A stretch of DNA of 63,403 bases, the filler included, from Basidiobolus meristosporus CBS 931.73 (lineage: Eukaryota; Fungi; Basidiobolomycota): assembly GCA_002104905.1 (NCBI GenBank). It is 4 parts of 4 records of this genome, joined end to end, with 100 filler letters (N's around TTAATTAATTAA, not from the genome) between each part and the next. Parts side by side here need not be neighbours in the genome. Positions count along the whole stretch, not along the records: positions 24,732 to 36,753 come from MCFE01001258.1; positions 36,854 to 51,026 come from MCFE01001188.1; 2 more parts are not named here. One strand, 5' to 3'. A model generated the notes under the pieces. The model worked only from the letters and a program-made list of their open reading frames with translations. It did not search any database and had not been told where the DNA came from. Each line of letters opens with the position of its first letter. Position 1 is the stretch's first letter. Both the position numbers and the translations under genes were made by a program. Below, piece after piece: positions 26,977 to 38,964 of this stretch.

Positions 26977-29900
26977 TGTTATGATCTGTTGCTTGAATGT
27001 TTAAGTTAGATCAGTTTTTAGTCAAATCAATTAGTATATGTTTAGGTTATCAGTGTATCAGCATTATCTATGAAATCAGTAGCATTAGTCAGCAAATGAA
27101 TCAGCAGATCCTTATCAGACAGAAATAGATATATTAAGTAGGATCTTATTGGGTGATGATGATGCAATCAAATGAGTCATCAGCCACAACCTACATTAGG
27201 AAATACAATTAGTCAGCAATTGATCTGGCAAAATGTATATAAGGAGCTGCTGGAACCTCAATAAAAATCAGGTCAAGTTTTAGTGAATACAATACGAGCT
27301 AAACTCCCTATTCCTCTACAACTCTTATACCAAGACTTGTAACATTGGTGGCAGCAATAACCAGAAACTTCCCTCCTAAAGAACAAAGAAGCCACCCTCA
27401 AGATGTTGGACAATCATGAGTGGAAGAATGCCATGCAGCAAATCCTGGCCCAACAGCAACAGTTACTCCAGATCCTCAGCCAACAGCAAGAAGGAATGAC
27501 TACCATGGCTCAGAACCAGCAAAGCCCTATCAAGAGCAATTTTAGTGTGAAGGTCAACCAGTACCATGGCAGAGTCAATGAAAACCTGGCAACTTGGCAC
27601 TTTCAGATTGAAGTAGCTTTTAAGGCTAAAGGAATTGCTCCAGAAAGCAAGTTTCACTATGCAGCTTCTTACCTGGCAGATGCAGCTTTACAGTGGTACC
27701 ACAACAAGATCAGGTCAGCCACTATGATGGGATGCTCTACAATCTCTACCGGGGATGAGTTTGTGTTGGAAATCCAGGATGCTTTTGAACCTCCACACCA
27801 GCAGACACTACTAAGAAGGAAGCTAAAGACATTCAGACAGAAAGGAATGGTTCAAGAGTACATCTATGAATACAGATGCGTACTTGGACAAATTGACACA
27901 ATGGACCCCCTGGATCAAGTTGAATACTTTATTGATGGGTTGAAAGAAAGAACTTGCAAGGAAGTGAATTATCAAAGACCTCAGACTATAGAAGAAGCCA
28001 TCAAGATTGCCATTGACTATGACTCAGCTATGTTTGGAGTTGGGAAGCCTACAGTGACTAATCAGAAAGGCTACAATCATTATGAAAGAAGACAATCAGA
28101 AGCAGTACCAATGGAAATAGACGCTATGCAGAAGAATCCTACCTCAGAAGAATGTAAAAAGAAAGGGCTTTGCTTCAATTGCCACCAGCAGGGACATATT
28201 GCAAAGTACTGCCCTCAGAGAAGTAAGGGACACCAGCCAACAAGAACCTTCAATCATATTGAGTCCCATGAACACAGTAATGTGGAAGATGACCTTGAAG
28301 AAGACTTGGAACTTGCATTCCATACAACAGAAGAGTACTTATCCCAAATGACCTCAAACTCAGGGAAGTTATTGTACTTAAAAGGAGTAATCAATGGAGT
28401 ACCTGCCAAAATCATGATTGACTCTGGAGCATCACATGAGTACATGTCAGAACAATTTGCCTTGAAAGCTGGAGTCAACTTGGAACCTACCAAATCAACT
28501 TCAGTCTCCACAGCTGATGGGAACTTGCACATAATCAACCGTATTACCCAGCAAGTAAGAATGCAGATTAATGACTATGAAGAAGACCTACAGGCTTATA
28601 TATTTGTGAACTGCAAGTTTGACCTTGTACTTGGAAAAACCTGGATATTTTATTTTAATCCATCAATCAACTGGAGAACCCATGCTGCTCAGATCCAAAA
28701 GAACAACAAGACCTATGAGCTATTACCTGCCAGGCTGGATTTTAACTTGGTCAACTCCAGCATGTGTGAGACAAGTGAACTTAGCAAGACCCAGTTCTGT
28801 AGAGCACTTAGAAAAGGTACTCAGATGTTCCTCATGGCAGTATTACAGGAGGATTCCTCTACCCCAGCAGGTCCAGACTCTCTTGAAAAAATATTCAGAC
28901 GTGTTTCTAGATGAGCTTGTAAGCCTACCACCAGTCAGAGACGTAGATCATGCCATTGACACAGAAGATAGCCCTCCAGTGAGCAAGACACCTTACAGAA
29001 TGAGTCCATTGGAATTGGAGGAACTGAAGATACAAATCAATCAGCTATTGGAGCATGGATACATCAGGCTCAGCAAGTCACCCTGTGGAGCACCAGTGCT
29101 TTTGTGAAAAAGAAGGATGGAACACTTAGGATGTGCATTGACAACAGAGCCTTGAACTCAGTGACCATCAAGAATAAGTACCCCATACCTTGGATTGATG
29201 AGCTTTTGGACCAACTTAATGGAGCCACTATTTTCAGCAAGATTGACCTCATGTCAGGATACAACCAGATTAGGGTGAAGCCTGAAGACATCCCTAAGAC
29301 AGCATTCAGGACCAGATATGGACATTACAAGTACTTAGTCATGAGTTTTGGTCTTGCTAATGCCCCTGCAACATTCATGACGCTGATGAATACTGTTTTC
29401 AGGAGTACTTAAAAAAGTTTGTGATAATCTACCTGGATGACATATTGATATACTGGAAGACAGAAGAGGATCACATGGTGCATATTGAAAAGGTCTTGAA
29501 GAAACTAAGAGAGAACAAGCTATATGGCATGCTAGCCAAGTGTAAGTTTTTCAAGGAACACATTGAATACCTGGGACACATAGTGACTAGCACAGGAGTG
29601 ACCTTAGATTCTAAGAAGGCTGAAGTTATCAAGCATGTGAAGCAGCCCCATAGCATATCAGAACTCAGATCATTCCTTGGAATGGTTTCCTACTATGCGA
29701 GATCTGTTAAGTCTTTTGCAAGTATTGCAGCCCCTTTAACTGATATCCTCAAGAAAGACAATACCTACAAGTGGGACATAGCTTGTGAGACTGCCTTCCA
29801 GACGCTGAAGAATGAACTTGCTAAGCTGCCAAGTTTAAGAATACCAGACCTCAGAAAAGAGTTCACTCTGTGCACAGATGCTTCTGATTATGTAATTGGT

Positions 29901-31903
29901 GCAGTGCTGAGCCAAGAACACAAGGGAAAGGCCTACCCTGTTGCCTTTGAATCCAAGAAACTGAACTCAGCAGAGCAGAACTATCCAGTCCACAAGGAGG
30001 AGATGCTTGCTATAATACACTGTTTGAAGACATGGAGATGCTATATTGAAGGAGTCATATGCACTATGAAGACTGATGATGCCTCCCTCAAGTATATATT
30101 TACTCAGAAGGTACTCTCTAGAAGAATGACAAGATGGAGTGAGTACATTCAGCAATTTGATATGGAGATTGTCCATTACCCTGGGAAAAATCACACAGTT
30201 GCTGATGCCTTATCAAGATTGGAATAAGTTGCACAACTCAACTTGGTGCATGAATCAGATTGGACTTGCCTTTTATCAAAATACTGGGAGACCAAGCCAT
30301 TCCTAACATAGTGTATGAGGAGATCAAGCAGATAATCCAGGATGAAGCCAGCAAATTTGTGGTACTAGAGGAATTACTCTACCAAATTGTTGATGGAAGC
30401 CCCATTGCCAATTGCCCTTATGTTGCTTGCCTGGATTTAATACATAAGCTACACAATGGATATGAACATCTTGGGAATGAAGGAACCTATAACTTTGTAA
30501 AATCCAGAGCATGGTGGGCCAGAATGAAACAAGATATTGAGAAGCTAGTGAAAACATGCCCAAACTGCCAAATCAATCAAGGCCAGCCACAAAGAGTTGC
30601 TAAATGCTTCCCTTTGGATCCTGTAAGACCATTTGAGAGATGGGGAATTGACTTTATTGGAAGACTGCCAACCACCAGGAAATGCAACCATTGGATCCTA
30701 GTAGCAATTGACCATGCCACTAAATGGCCAGTTGCTAAAGCTGTACTGATAGCCAGTGAACAAGAAGTTGCAAGTTTCATTTTCCATGAGATCCTGATGA
30801 AGTTTGGATTCCCTGTGGAGATCTTATCTGATAGAGGAGCAAATTTTATGGCAAAGACATTAGAGGCTTACCTGGAAATGTAGCAGATTAAGCACTTGAA
30901 AACCTTGACGTATCACCCCAAAACTAATGGAGTCACTGAATGATTTAGTGGATTATTTGGAAAAGTGCTGACCAAGTATGCAAATGGAGCTGTTAGTAAA
31001 TGGGATAAGTGTATAGATCAAGCACATTTTGCCTGCAGAGTTTGAGTGCACAACACTACCCAACAATCACCATTTTACTTAGTGTATGGATGTGAACCAA
31101 GGATTCCAGGAGATCTCTCACAACCCACGCTTACAGATGCCTTAGAAGATGAGCTTAGTCAGCCCAGTAGACTCCAGCAATTGGAACAAAGACGTCAAGA
31201 GGCACAGACCAAAGTATCTCAAAGTGCAGAAAAAATGAAGCAGAGAATTGATAAGACTATAGCACCAGACACATTGACAGTTGGGAACTTTGTATTACTA
31301 AGAAACAACACTTGGAAGAAGTTTGAGCCACAATGGACAGGACCATTCAAGTTCATCAGAGAATATCCATTTGCAACTTACCAACAAGTGGACAAACAAG
31401 GCAATATTGGGGAGGACTTAGTGCATTGGGACAGACTCAAGCTTGCAAGACTTGCTGATAATACTGAACCATAAAGATATTGGTATCACAAGAAAAGAGA
31501 TTCACAAGAACCCTCTTAGCTTTAGTAGGGGTGAATGATATGATCTGCTGCTTGAATGTTTAAGTTAGATCAGTTTTTAGTCAAATCAATTAGTATATGT
31601 TTAGGTTATCAGTGTATCAGCATTATCTATGAAATCAGTAGCATTAGTCAGCAAATGAATCAGCAGATCCTTATCAGACAGAAATAGATATATTAAGTAG
31701 GATCTTATTGGGTGATGATGATGCAATCAAATGAGTCATCAGCCACAACCTACATTAGGAAATACAATTAGTCAGCAATTGATCTGGCAAAATGTATATA
31801 AGGAGCTGCTGGAACCTCAATAAAAATCAGGTCAAGTTTTAGTGAATACAATACTAGCTAAACTCCCTATTCCTCTACAACTCTTATACCAAGACTTATA
31901 ACA
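26977..31903 (+). mobile_element. Complete Ty3/Gypsy LTR retrotransposon (defective pol)
   Basis: 368-bp LTRs at 26977-27344 and 31536-31903, about 4 differences seen. PBS TGGTGGCAGC at 27346-27355, PPT 31524-31535. gag(CCHC)-PR(IDSGAS)-RT(YLDD)-RH-IN(GPF). 4-bp TSD ATGT/ATAT. No chromodomain visible. Confidence 0.96.
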
Positions 31904-32039
31904 ATATTATGATCTACTGCGTGATTGTTTAAGTTAGATCAGTCTTTAGTCAAATCAATTAGTCTAAGTTTAGGTTATCAGTATATCAGTGTTATCTAGC
32001 AAATCAGTAGCATCAATCAGCAAATAAATCAGCAATTAA

Positions 32040-33196
32040 GTTGGGGCTGCAAATAAGTCTTGCAGTGGCCAAAACTAGTCTAGAATTGTTAAGCAAAGTT
32101 TTAGCTGCTGGACAATACCAAATAGACCAATATTTCAATAGGTAGAGTTGTTTCTTAGTAATAAAAAGCTCCTAACTGTTAGGGCTTCTAGTGATATAAT
32201 ATTATCAATTCTCTGCTTCATCTTTTCTGCACTCTGACACATTGGCCTGTGCCTCTTGACATCCTTGTTCCAGTGGCTGGTGTCTACTTGGCTGACTGAG
32301 CTGATCTTCTAAGGCATCTGTAGCATTGGTTGTGCGAGATCTCCTGGAATTGTTGGTTAACATCCATAAACTAAATAAAATGGCAATTGTCAGGTGGTGC
32401 TGTGCACTCTAACTCTGCAGGAAAAAAGTGCTAGGTCTATATACTCTTCCTATCTACTGACAGCTCCATTTGCATACTTAGTCAGTATTTTTCCAATTAA
32501 TCCATTAAACCACTCAGTGGCTCCTTTAACTCAAGGATGATATGCTGAGGTTTTTGAGTTCTTGATCCGCTGTATTGCCTGGTAAGCTTCCAATGTCATT
32601 ACCAATAGGTTTTGCTCCTCTATTGGATAAAGCTTCTACAGGGCATCCAATCCTCATAAATATCTCATGATAGATGAAACTCCAACTTCTTGTTGACTGA
32701 CTGCAGGTTCCGCTTTAGCCACTGGCCATTTAGTAGCATGTTCAACTGCTACTAGGATCCAACAGTTGCATTTCCTTGTGCTTAGCAGTGTTTCAGCAAT
32801 GTTGATTTCCCATCTCTTAGATGTTCTCACAAGCTTTAAGGAGCAGAGTTCAGCAATTATCTATGGTTGGCCTTGGCTGATTTGGCAACTTGGGCATGTT
32901 TTCACTAGGTTCTCAATATACTGTTTCATTCTGGGCCATTATGCTCAGGCTTGCACCAGGCTATAGGTTTCTTCAATTCCAAGATGTCTGTATCAATTGT
33001 GTAGATAATGTATGAAATCAAGGCAAGCAACATCAGGGCAATAGGCAATAGGGCTTCCATCAGCAATTTCATAGAGTGTTTCATCCTGTACTACATACTT
33101 GCTGGCTGCATCCTGGATGATCTTCTTGATATCTTCATCCACCTTGTTACATGTGGCATGGTCTGTTCCAATTTAAGAAGTGAATTGGATATAAGG
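32040..33196 (-). pseudogene. Gypsy integrase remnant (related subfamily)
   Basis: The reverse complement aligns with the IN region (e.g. GGTGGATGAAGATATCAAGAAG). No long ORF remains. Confidence 0.8.
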
Positions 33197-36100
33197 TGTC
33201 ATGATCCGCCGCTTGAATGTTTAAGTTAGATCAGTTTTTAGTCAAATCAATTGGTATATGTTTAGGTTATCAGTGTATCAGCATTATCTATGAAATCAGT
33301 AGCATTAGTCAGCAAATGAATCAGCAGATCCTTATCAGACAGAAATAGATATATTAAGTAGGATCTTATTGGGTGATGATGATGCAATCAAATGAGTCAT
33401 CAGCCACAACCTACATTAGCAAATACAATTAGTCAGCAATTGATCTGGCAAAATGTATATAAGGAGCTGCTGGAACCTCAATAAAAATCAGGTCAAGTTT
33501 TAGTGAATACAATACTAGCTAAACTCCCTATTCCTCTGCAACTCTTATACCAAGACTTGTAACATTGGTGGCAGCAATAACCAGAAACTTCCCTCCTAAA
33601 GAACAAAGAAGCCACCCTCAAGATGTTGGACAATCATGAATGGAAGAATGCCATGCAGCAAATCCTGGCCCAACAGCAACAGTTACTCCAGATCCTCAGC
33701 CAACAGCAAGAAGGAATGACTACCATGGCTCAGAACCAGCAAAGCCCTGTTAAGAGCAACTTTAGTGTGAAGGTCAACTAGTACCATGGCAGGGCAATGA
33801 AAACCTGGGAACTTGGCTCTTTCAGATTGAAGAAGCTTTTAAAGCTAAAGCAATTGCTCCAGAAAGCAAGTTGCATTATGCAGCTTCTTACCTGGCAGAT
33901 GCAGCTTTACAGTGGTACCACAACAAGATCAGGTTGGCCACTGTGATGGGATGCTCTACAATCTCTACCTGGGATGAGTTTGTGTCGGAAATTCAGGATG
34001 CTTTTGAACCTCCACACCAGGAGACACTACTAAGAAGAAAGCTAAAGACACTCAGACAGAAAGGAATGGTGCAACAATACATCTATGAGTACAGATGTCT
34101 ACTTGGACAAATTGAAAGAATGGACCCCTTGGATCAAGTTGAATACTTTATTGATGGGTTGAAAGAAAGAACTTGCAAGGAAGTGAATTACCAAAGACCT
34201 CAGACTATTGAAGAAGCCATCAAGATTGCCATTGACTATGACTCAGCTATGTTTGGAGTTGGGAAGCCTACAGTGACTAATCAGAAAGGCTACAATCATT
34301 ATGAAAGAAGACAATCAGAAGCAGTACCAATGGAAATAGACGCTATGCAGAAGAAACCTACCTCAGAAGAATGTAAGAAGAGAGGACTTTGTTTCAATTG
34401 CCACCAGCAAGGACATATTGAAAAGTACTGCCCTCAGAAAAGAAATGGACACCAGCCAACAATAACCTTCAACCATATTGAGTCCCATGAACACAGTAAT
34501 GTGGAAGATGAGCTTGAAGAAGACTCAGAACTCACCTTCCATATGACAGAAGAGTACTAGTCCGAAATGACCTCAAACTCAGAGAAGTTATTGTACTTGT
34601 ATGGAGTAATCATTGGAGTACCTGCCAAGATCATGATTGACTCAGGAGCATTGCATGAGTACATGTTGGAGCAATTTGCCTTGAAAGCTGGAATCAACTT
34701 GGAACCTACTAAATCAACTTCAGTCTCCACAGCTGATGGGAACTCTCACATAATCAACCGTATTACCCAGCTAGTAAGAATGAAGATCAATGACTATGAA
34801 GAAGACCTACAGGCTTATATATTTGGGAACTGCAAGTTTGACCTTGTGCTTGGAAAAACCTGGCTATTTTGTCGTAATCCATCAATCAACTGGGGAACCC
34901 ATGCTACTCAGATCAAAAATGACAACAAGACCTATGAGCTATTACCTGCAAGGCTGGATTTCAACTTGGTCAACTCCAGTATGTGTGAGACAAGTGAACT
35001 TAGCAAGACCCAGTTCTGTAGAGCACTTAGAAAAGGTACCCAGATGTTCCTCATGGCTTTATTACAGGAGGATTCTGCTATCCCAGCACCCCAGCAGGTC
35101 CAGACTCTCTTGAAGAAATATTTGGACGTGTTTCCAGACAAGCTTGTAAGCCTACCACCAGTCAGAGATGTGGATCATGCCGTTGACACAGGAGATAGCC
35201 CTCCAGTGAGCAAGATAACTTACAGGATGAGTCCATTGGAATTGGAGGAAATGAAGAGACAAATTGATCAGCTATTGGAGCAAGGATATATCAGGCCCAG
35301 CAAGTCACCCTGGGGAGCACCAGTTCTTTTTGTAAAAAAGAAGGATGGAACACTTAGGATGTGCATTGACTACAGAGCCCTGAACTCAGTTACCATCAAG
35401 AATAGGTACCCCATACCTTGGATTGATGAGCTTTTGGACCAACTTAATGGAGCCACTATTTTCAGCAAGATTGACCTCATGTCAGGATACAACCAGATTA
35501 GGGTGAAGCCAGAAGACATCCCTAAGACAGCATTCAGGACCAGATATGGACATTACAAGTACTTAGTCATGAGTTTTGGCCTCACCAATGTCCCTGCAAC
35601 TTTCATGACCCTGATGCAGACCGTCTTCCAGGAGTACTTAGACAAGTTTGTCATAATCTACCTAGATGATATACTGATATACAGCAAGACAGAAGAGGAT
35701 CACTTGGTGCACATTGAAAAGGTCTTGAAGAAGCTAAGAGAGAACAAGCTTTACGGCAAGCTACCCAAGTGTAAATTCTTCAAGGAACACGTAGAATATC
35801 TGGGACACATAGTGACCAGCACAGGAGTAACTGTAGACCCCAAGAAGGTGGAAGTAATCAAGAATTTGAAGCAGCCCCATAGCATGTCAGAACTCAGATC
35901 ATTCCTTGGAATGGTTTCCTATTATCAAAGATTTGTCAAGTCTTTTGCAAGTATTGCAGCCCCTTTAACTGATATCCTCAAGAAAGACAATACCTACAAG
36001 TGGGACATAGCTTGTGAGACTGCCTTCCAGATGCTGAAGAATGAACTTGCTAAGCTGCCAAGCGTAAGAATACCAGACTTCAGAAAAGAGTTCACTCTGT

Positions 36101-36753
36101 GCACAGATGCTTCAGATTATGCAATTGGTGGAGTGCTGAGCCAAGAACACAAGGGAAAGGACTACCCTGTTGCCTTTGAATCCCAGAAACTGAACTCAGC
36201 CAAACAAAACTATCCAGTCCATGAGAAGGAGATGCTTGCTATAATACACTGTTTGAAGACATGGAGATGCTATATTGAAGGAGTCAAATGCACTGTGAAG
36301 ACTGATCATGCCTCCTCAAGTATATATTTACTCAGAAGGTACTCTCTAGAAGAATGACAAGATGGAGTGAATACATTCAGCAATTTGACCTGGAGATTGT
36401 ATACTGTCCTGGAAAAAACAACACGGTTGCTGATGCCTTATCAAGATTAGATCAAGTTGCACAACTCAACTTGGTGCATGAGTCAGATTGGCCTAGCCTA
36501 TTACCAAGTACTTGGAGGACCAAAGCCATTCCTAATGAGGTGGATGAAGATATCAAGAAGATATTCCATGATGAAGCCAGCAAATTGTTGTACAGGATGA
36601 AACACTCTACCAAATTGTTGATGGAAGCCCTATTGCCTATTGTCCCTTATGTTGCTCGCCTGGATTTAATACATAAGCTACACAGTGGATATGGACATCT
36701 TGGGATTGAAGGAACCTATAGCCTTGTGAAAGCCAGAGCATGGTGCCCAGAAT
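33197..36753 (+). mobile_element. Ty3/Gypsy copy (5' LTR 33197-33564, PBS 33566-33575), 3' end in gap
   Basis: Same LTR and PBS as the 26977 copy. gag, PR, RT(YLDD), RH and start of IN. Confidence 0.95.
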
Positions 36754-36853
36754 NNNNNNNNNNNNNNNNNNNNNNNNNNNNNNNNNNNNNNNNNNNNTTA
36801 ATTAATTAANNNNNNNNNNNNNNNNNNNNNNNNNNNNNNNNNNNNNNNNNNNN
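36754..36853. other. Assembly gap with linker
   Basis: N-run containing TTAATTAATTAA. Confidence 0.98.
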
Positions 36854-37769
36854 TTTCTGAAATCATTAATTCTTGGTCCATCTCTTGGATGTGCAACGGT
36901 TTTTGTACCTGATTTAAGAAGTGATACAATTTACTATCACTTAATTTATTAGTCTCTGCCTGATTCTCTGTAATATACCTGTAATCCAAATAAGCCACTT
37001 GGAGTACTTTATAGTGAGGCAAACAAGAGCCAAGCTGAAGTTTGTTTTGGCACTGCTCAATTGCATTGGATTGTTTTCTCCTAAGTTTGTTTTCTCCTCA
37101 TGACTACTGAGTCATCTGCTAATTTTTTCCAAGTTTTCTCCAGGTATTTGGGACTTTCAAAGGTACCCTTACCAGAATTGGTAATTATACTGCTCTTCTT
37201 GCTGCAATCTTTGTCTATAGTAGACTCTTGGTCTTCCTTTGGAGCACAAGAACTGCTATAGTATAAGCAGCTTCTTCTTTTGGTCTTGATCCCTGAGGAA
37301 CAGTCCTGAAGCTTTCCCCTCATGTCTTGTTTGTTATATGCATTGGTACTGTACTTGATGGAGTGTCTGTGAGTGATGTTTAACTACCAGTTGTTCTCTT
37401 CTATCCTGTGGATATATATTACTTTCATATACACTTACTTCATTACATTTCACATTTGCCTCTCTTGCAACTGTACTCTGGTTTCATTACTCAATGGCTA
37501 GACAAAACCAAGGCCCCTGCATATTGGGTGCAGTGGTTTAGTGATCAAAGAGCAAGCTATAGATGCTAATATTGATTTTGAGCATATTTTCTAGGAATAT
37601 CTTGGAACCAACTAGACTAGATAGTTACACAGTAATCCACACAGTACCATTATTTGCACATCAGTATTTGCTAACTACAAAGCAATGCTTTTCAAAGATA
37701 TTCCATTCCCACAGGGCTGTTTGTAGATAGTCACTACAATACAGAAGTGAGTATGTAAAGTAAGCATCT

Positions 37770-38355
37770 ATAATACTTTCTGGGGGTGTGGTTGCCATGT
37801 GTCAGTAAAGTGTTTTATAAATCCGGGTAAAACTACTGTGATGAAAAATTAAAGCATTTTATTACTGTGCAGCTGATGATTGATGACTCCTGCTATATGC
37901 AAGTAGACATAGCTAGTGGGTATCCTTAGAACCTGTTGGGGTATGGTTATCACACACTATCAAAGTGCATTAGGGATTCATGCAAAACTTGCATGATGAG
38001 AAATAAGCACACTTTATTACCACATGACTGATAACTGATGACTCCTACTAGACCCAAATAAATGTAGCAAGTTGGTATCCTTAAAACCTGTTGGGGTCTG
38101 GTTACCACCCACTATTAAAGTGCATCAGTGACTTATTTAAAACTAGCATGGTGAAAAATAAAAGCACTTTATTACTGCAAGGCTTATGATTGATGACTCC
38201 CTCTGGACCTAAGTAACCATAGCAAGTGGGTTTCCTTAAACCTGTTAGAGTATGGTTACAACACAATATGAAAGTGTGTTAGGGACTTATGCAAAACTAG
38301 CATGATGAAAAATAAATGCACTTTATTACCATGTGGCTGATGATTGATGACTCCC
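37770..38355. repeat. ~155-bp tandem repeat, ~3.8 diverged units
   Basis: Anchor TGATGACTCC recurs at 37881, 38036, 38191 and 38345. CCTGTT..GG..TGGTTA and GCACTTTATTAC also recur. Confidence 0.9.
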
Positions 38356-38964
38356 ACATGATACATGTGCACATGGAACACAAGTAGGAGTTGCAATGGT
38401 GTCAAATAAAGTTTCTGTTATAGCTATAATATATTGAACTTTAGGATGCACTTTGTATCTGATAAAAGCAATTGGGTTACAGAAAATTTGCATTGGTCAT
38501 GAATTTTTTTATTGTATTAGGGCCATGCAATTTATGGTGCCCAATACTTACCAGAATATGGGATCATGGCCAGATTTGGATGATTCCCATGAAATATTAG
38601 ATATAGCATTAAAAGAAACAATTTATTAATTATATAATCATCAAGTCTTACACAAAGCTTACAGAAAGTGTAGGGAGACAAAAATTAGCCCAGACATGCC
38701 GACTATATGACCAGACAATGTGCCAATTGTAGGGTGAGATATTTATGGCTAGGGTGATAAGGGTTAGGAGGAGGATTTGTATCCCTAAGGGACCAGAACC
38801 AAGAATAAGAGAGAATTAATCCAATGGGGACTTAAAGAGTATGGGGATTGCATCCCCTGAACCCCCTGCTTTTTTATTCTCTAGGGGACTGTGTCCCATA
38901 GACCCCCTGCTCTTCTAAGCTTTTCCTAGCCCTTACTATAACACCTACACCCTAGCCATCTACA

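Larger units (their letters stand above)
24732..32033 (+). mobile_element. Older degenerate Ty3/Gypsy (RH-IN 24732-26976; 3' LTR remnant resumes at 31908), host of two insertions
   Basis: Homologous to 29620-31535. Its 3' LTR TGT|TATGATCTACTGC is split by the element at 26977-31903. Confidence 0.8.

Noticed and set aside
31046-31535. Chromodomain or env ORF after the Gypsy integrase
   Set aside because: IN stops shortly after the GPF motif, and only ~60 bp separate it from the PPT.
37770-38355. Possible CRISPR-like array
   Set aside because: The whole unit is homologous between copies with no unique spacers, and the context is eukaryotic.
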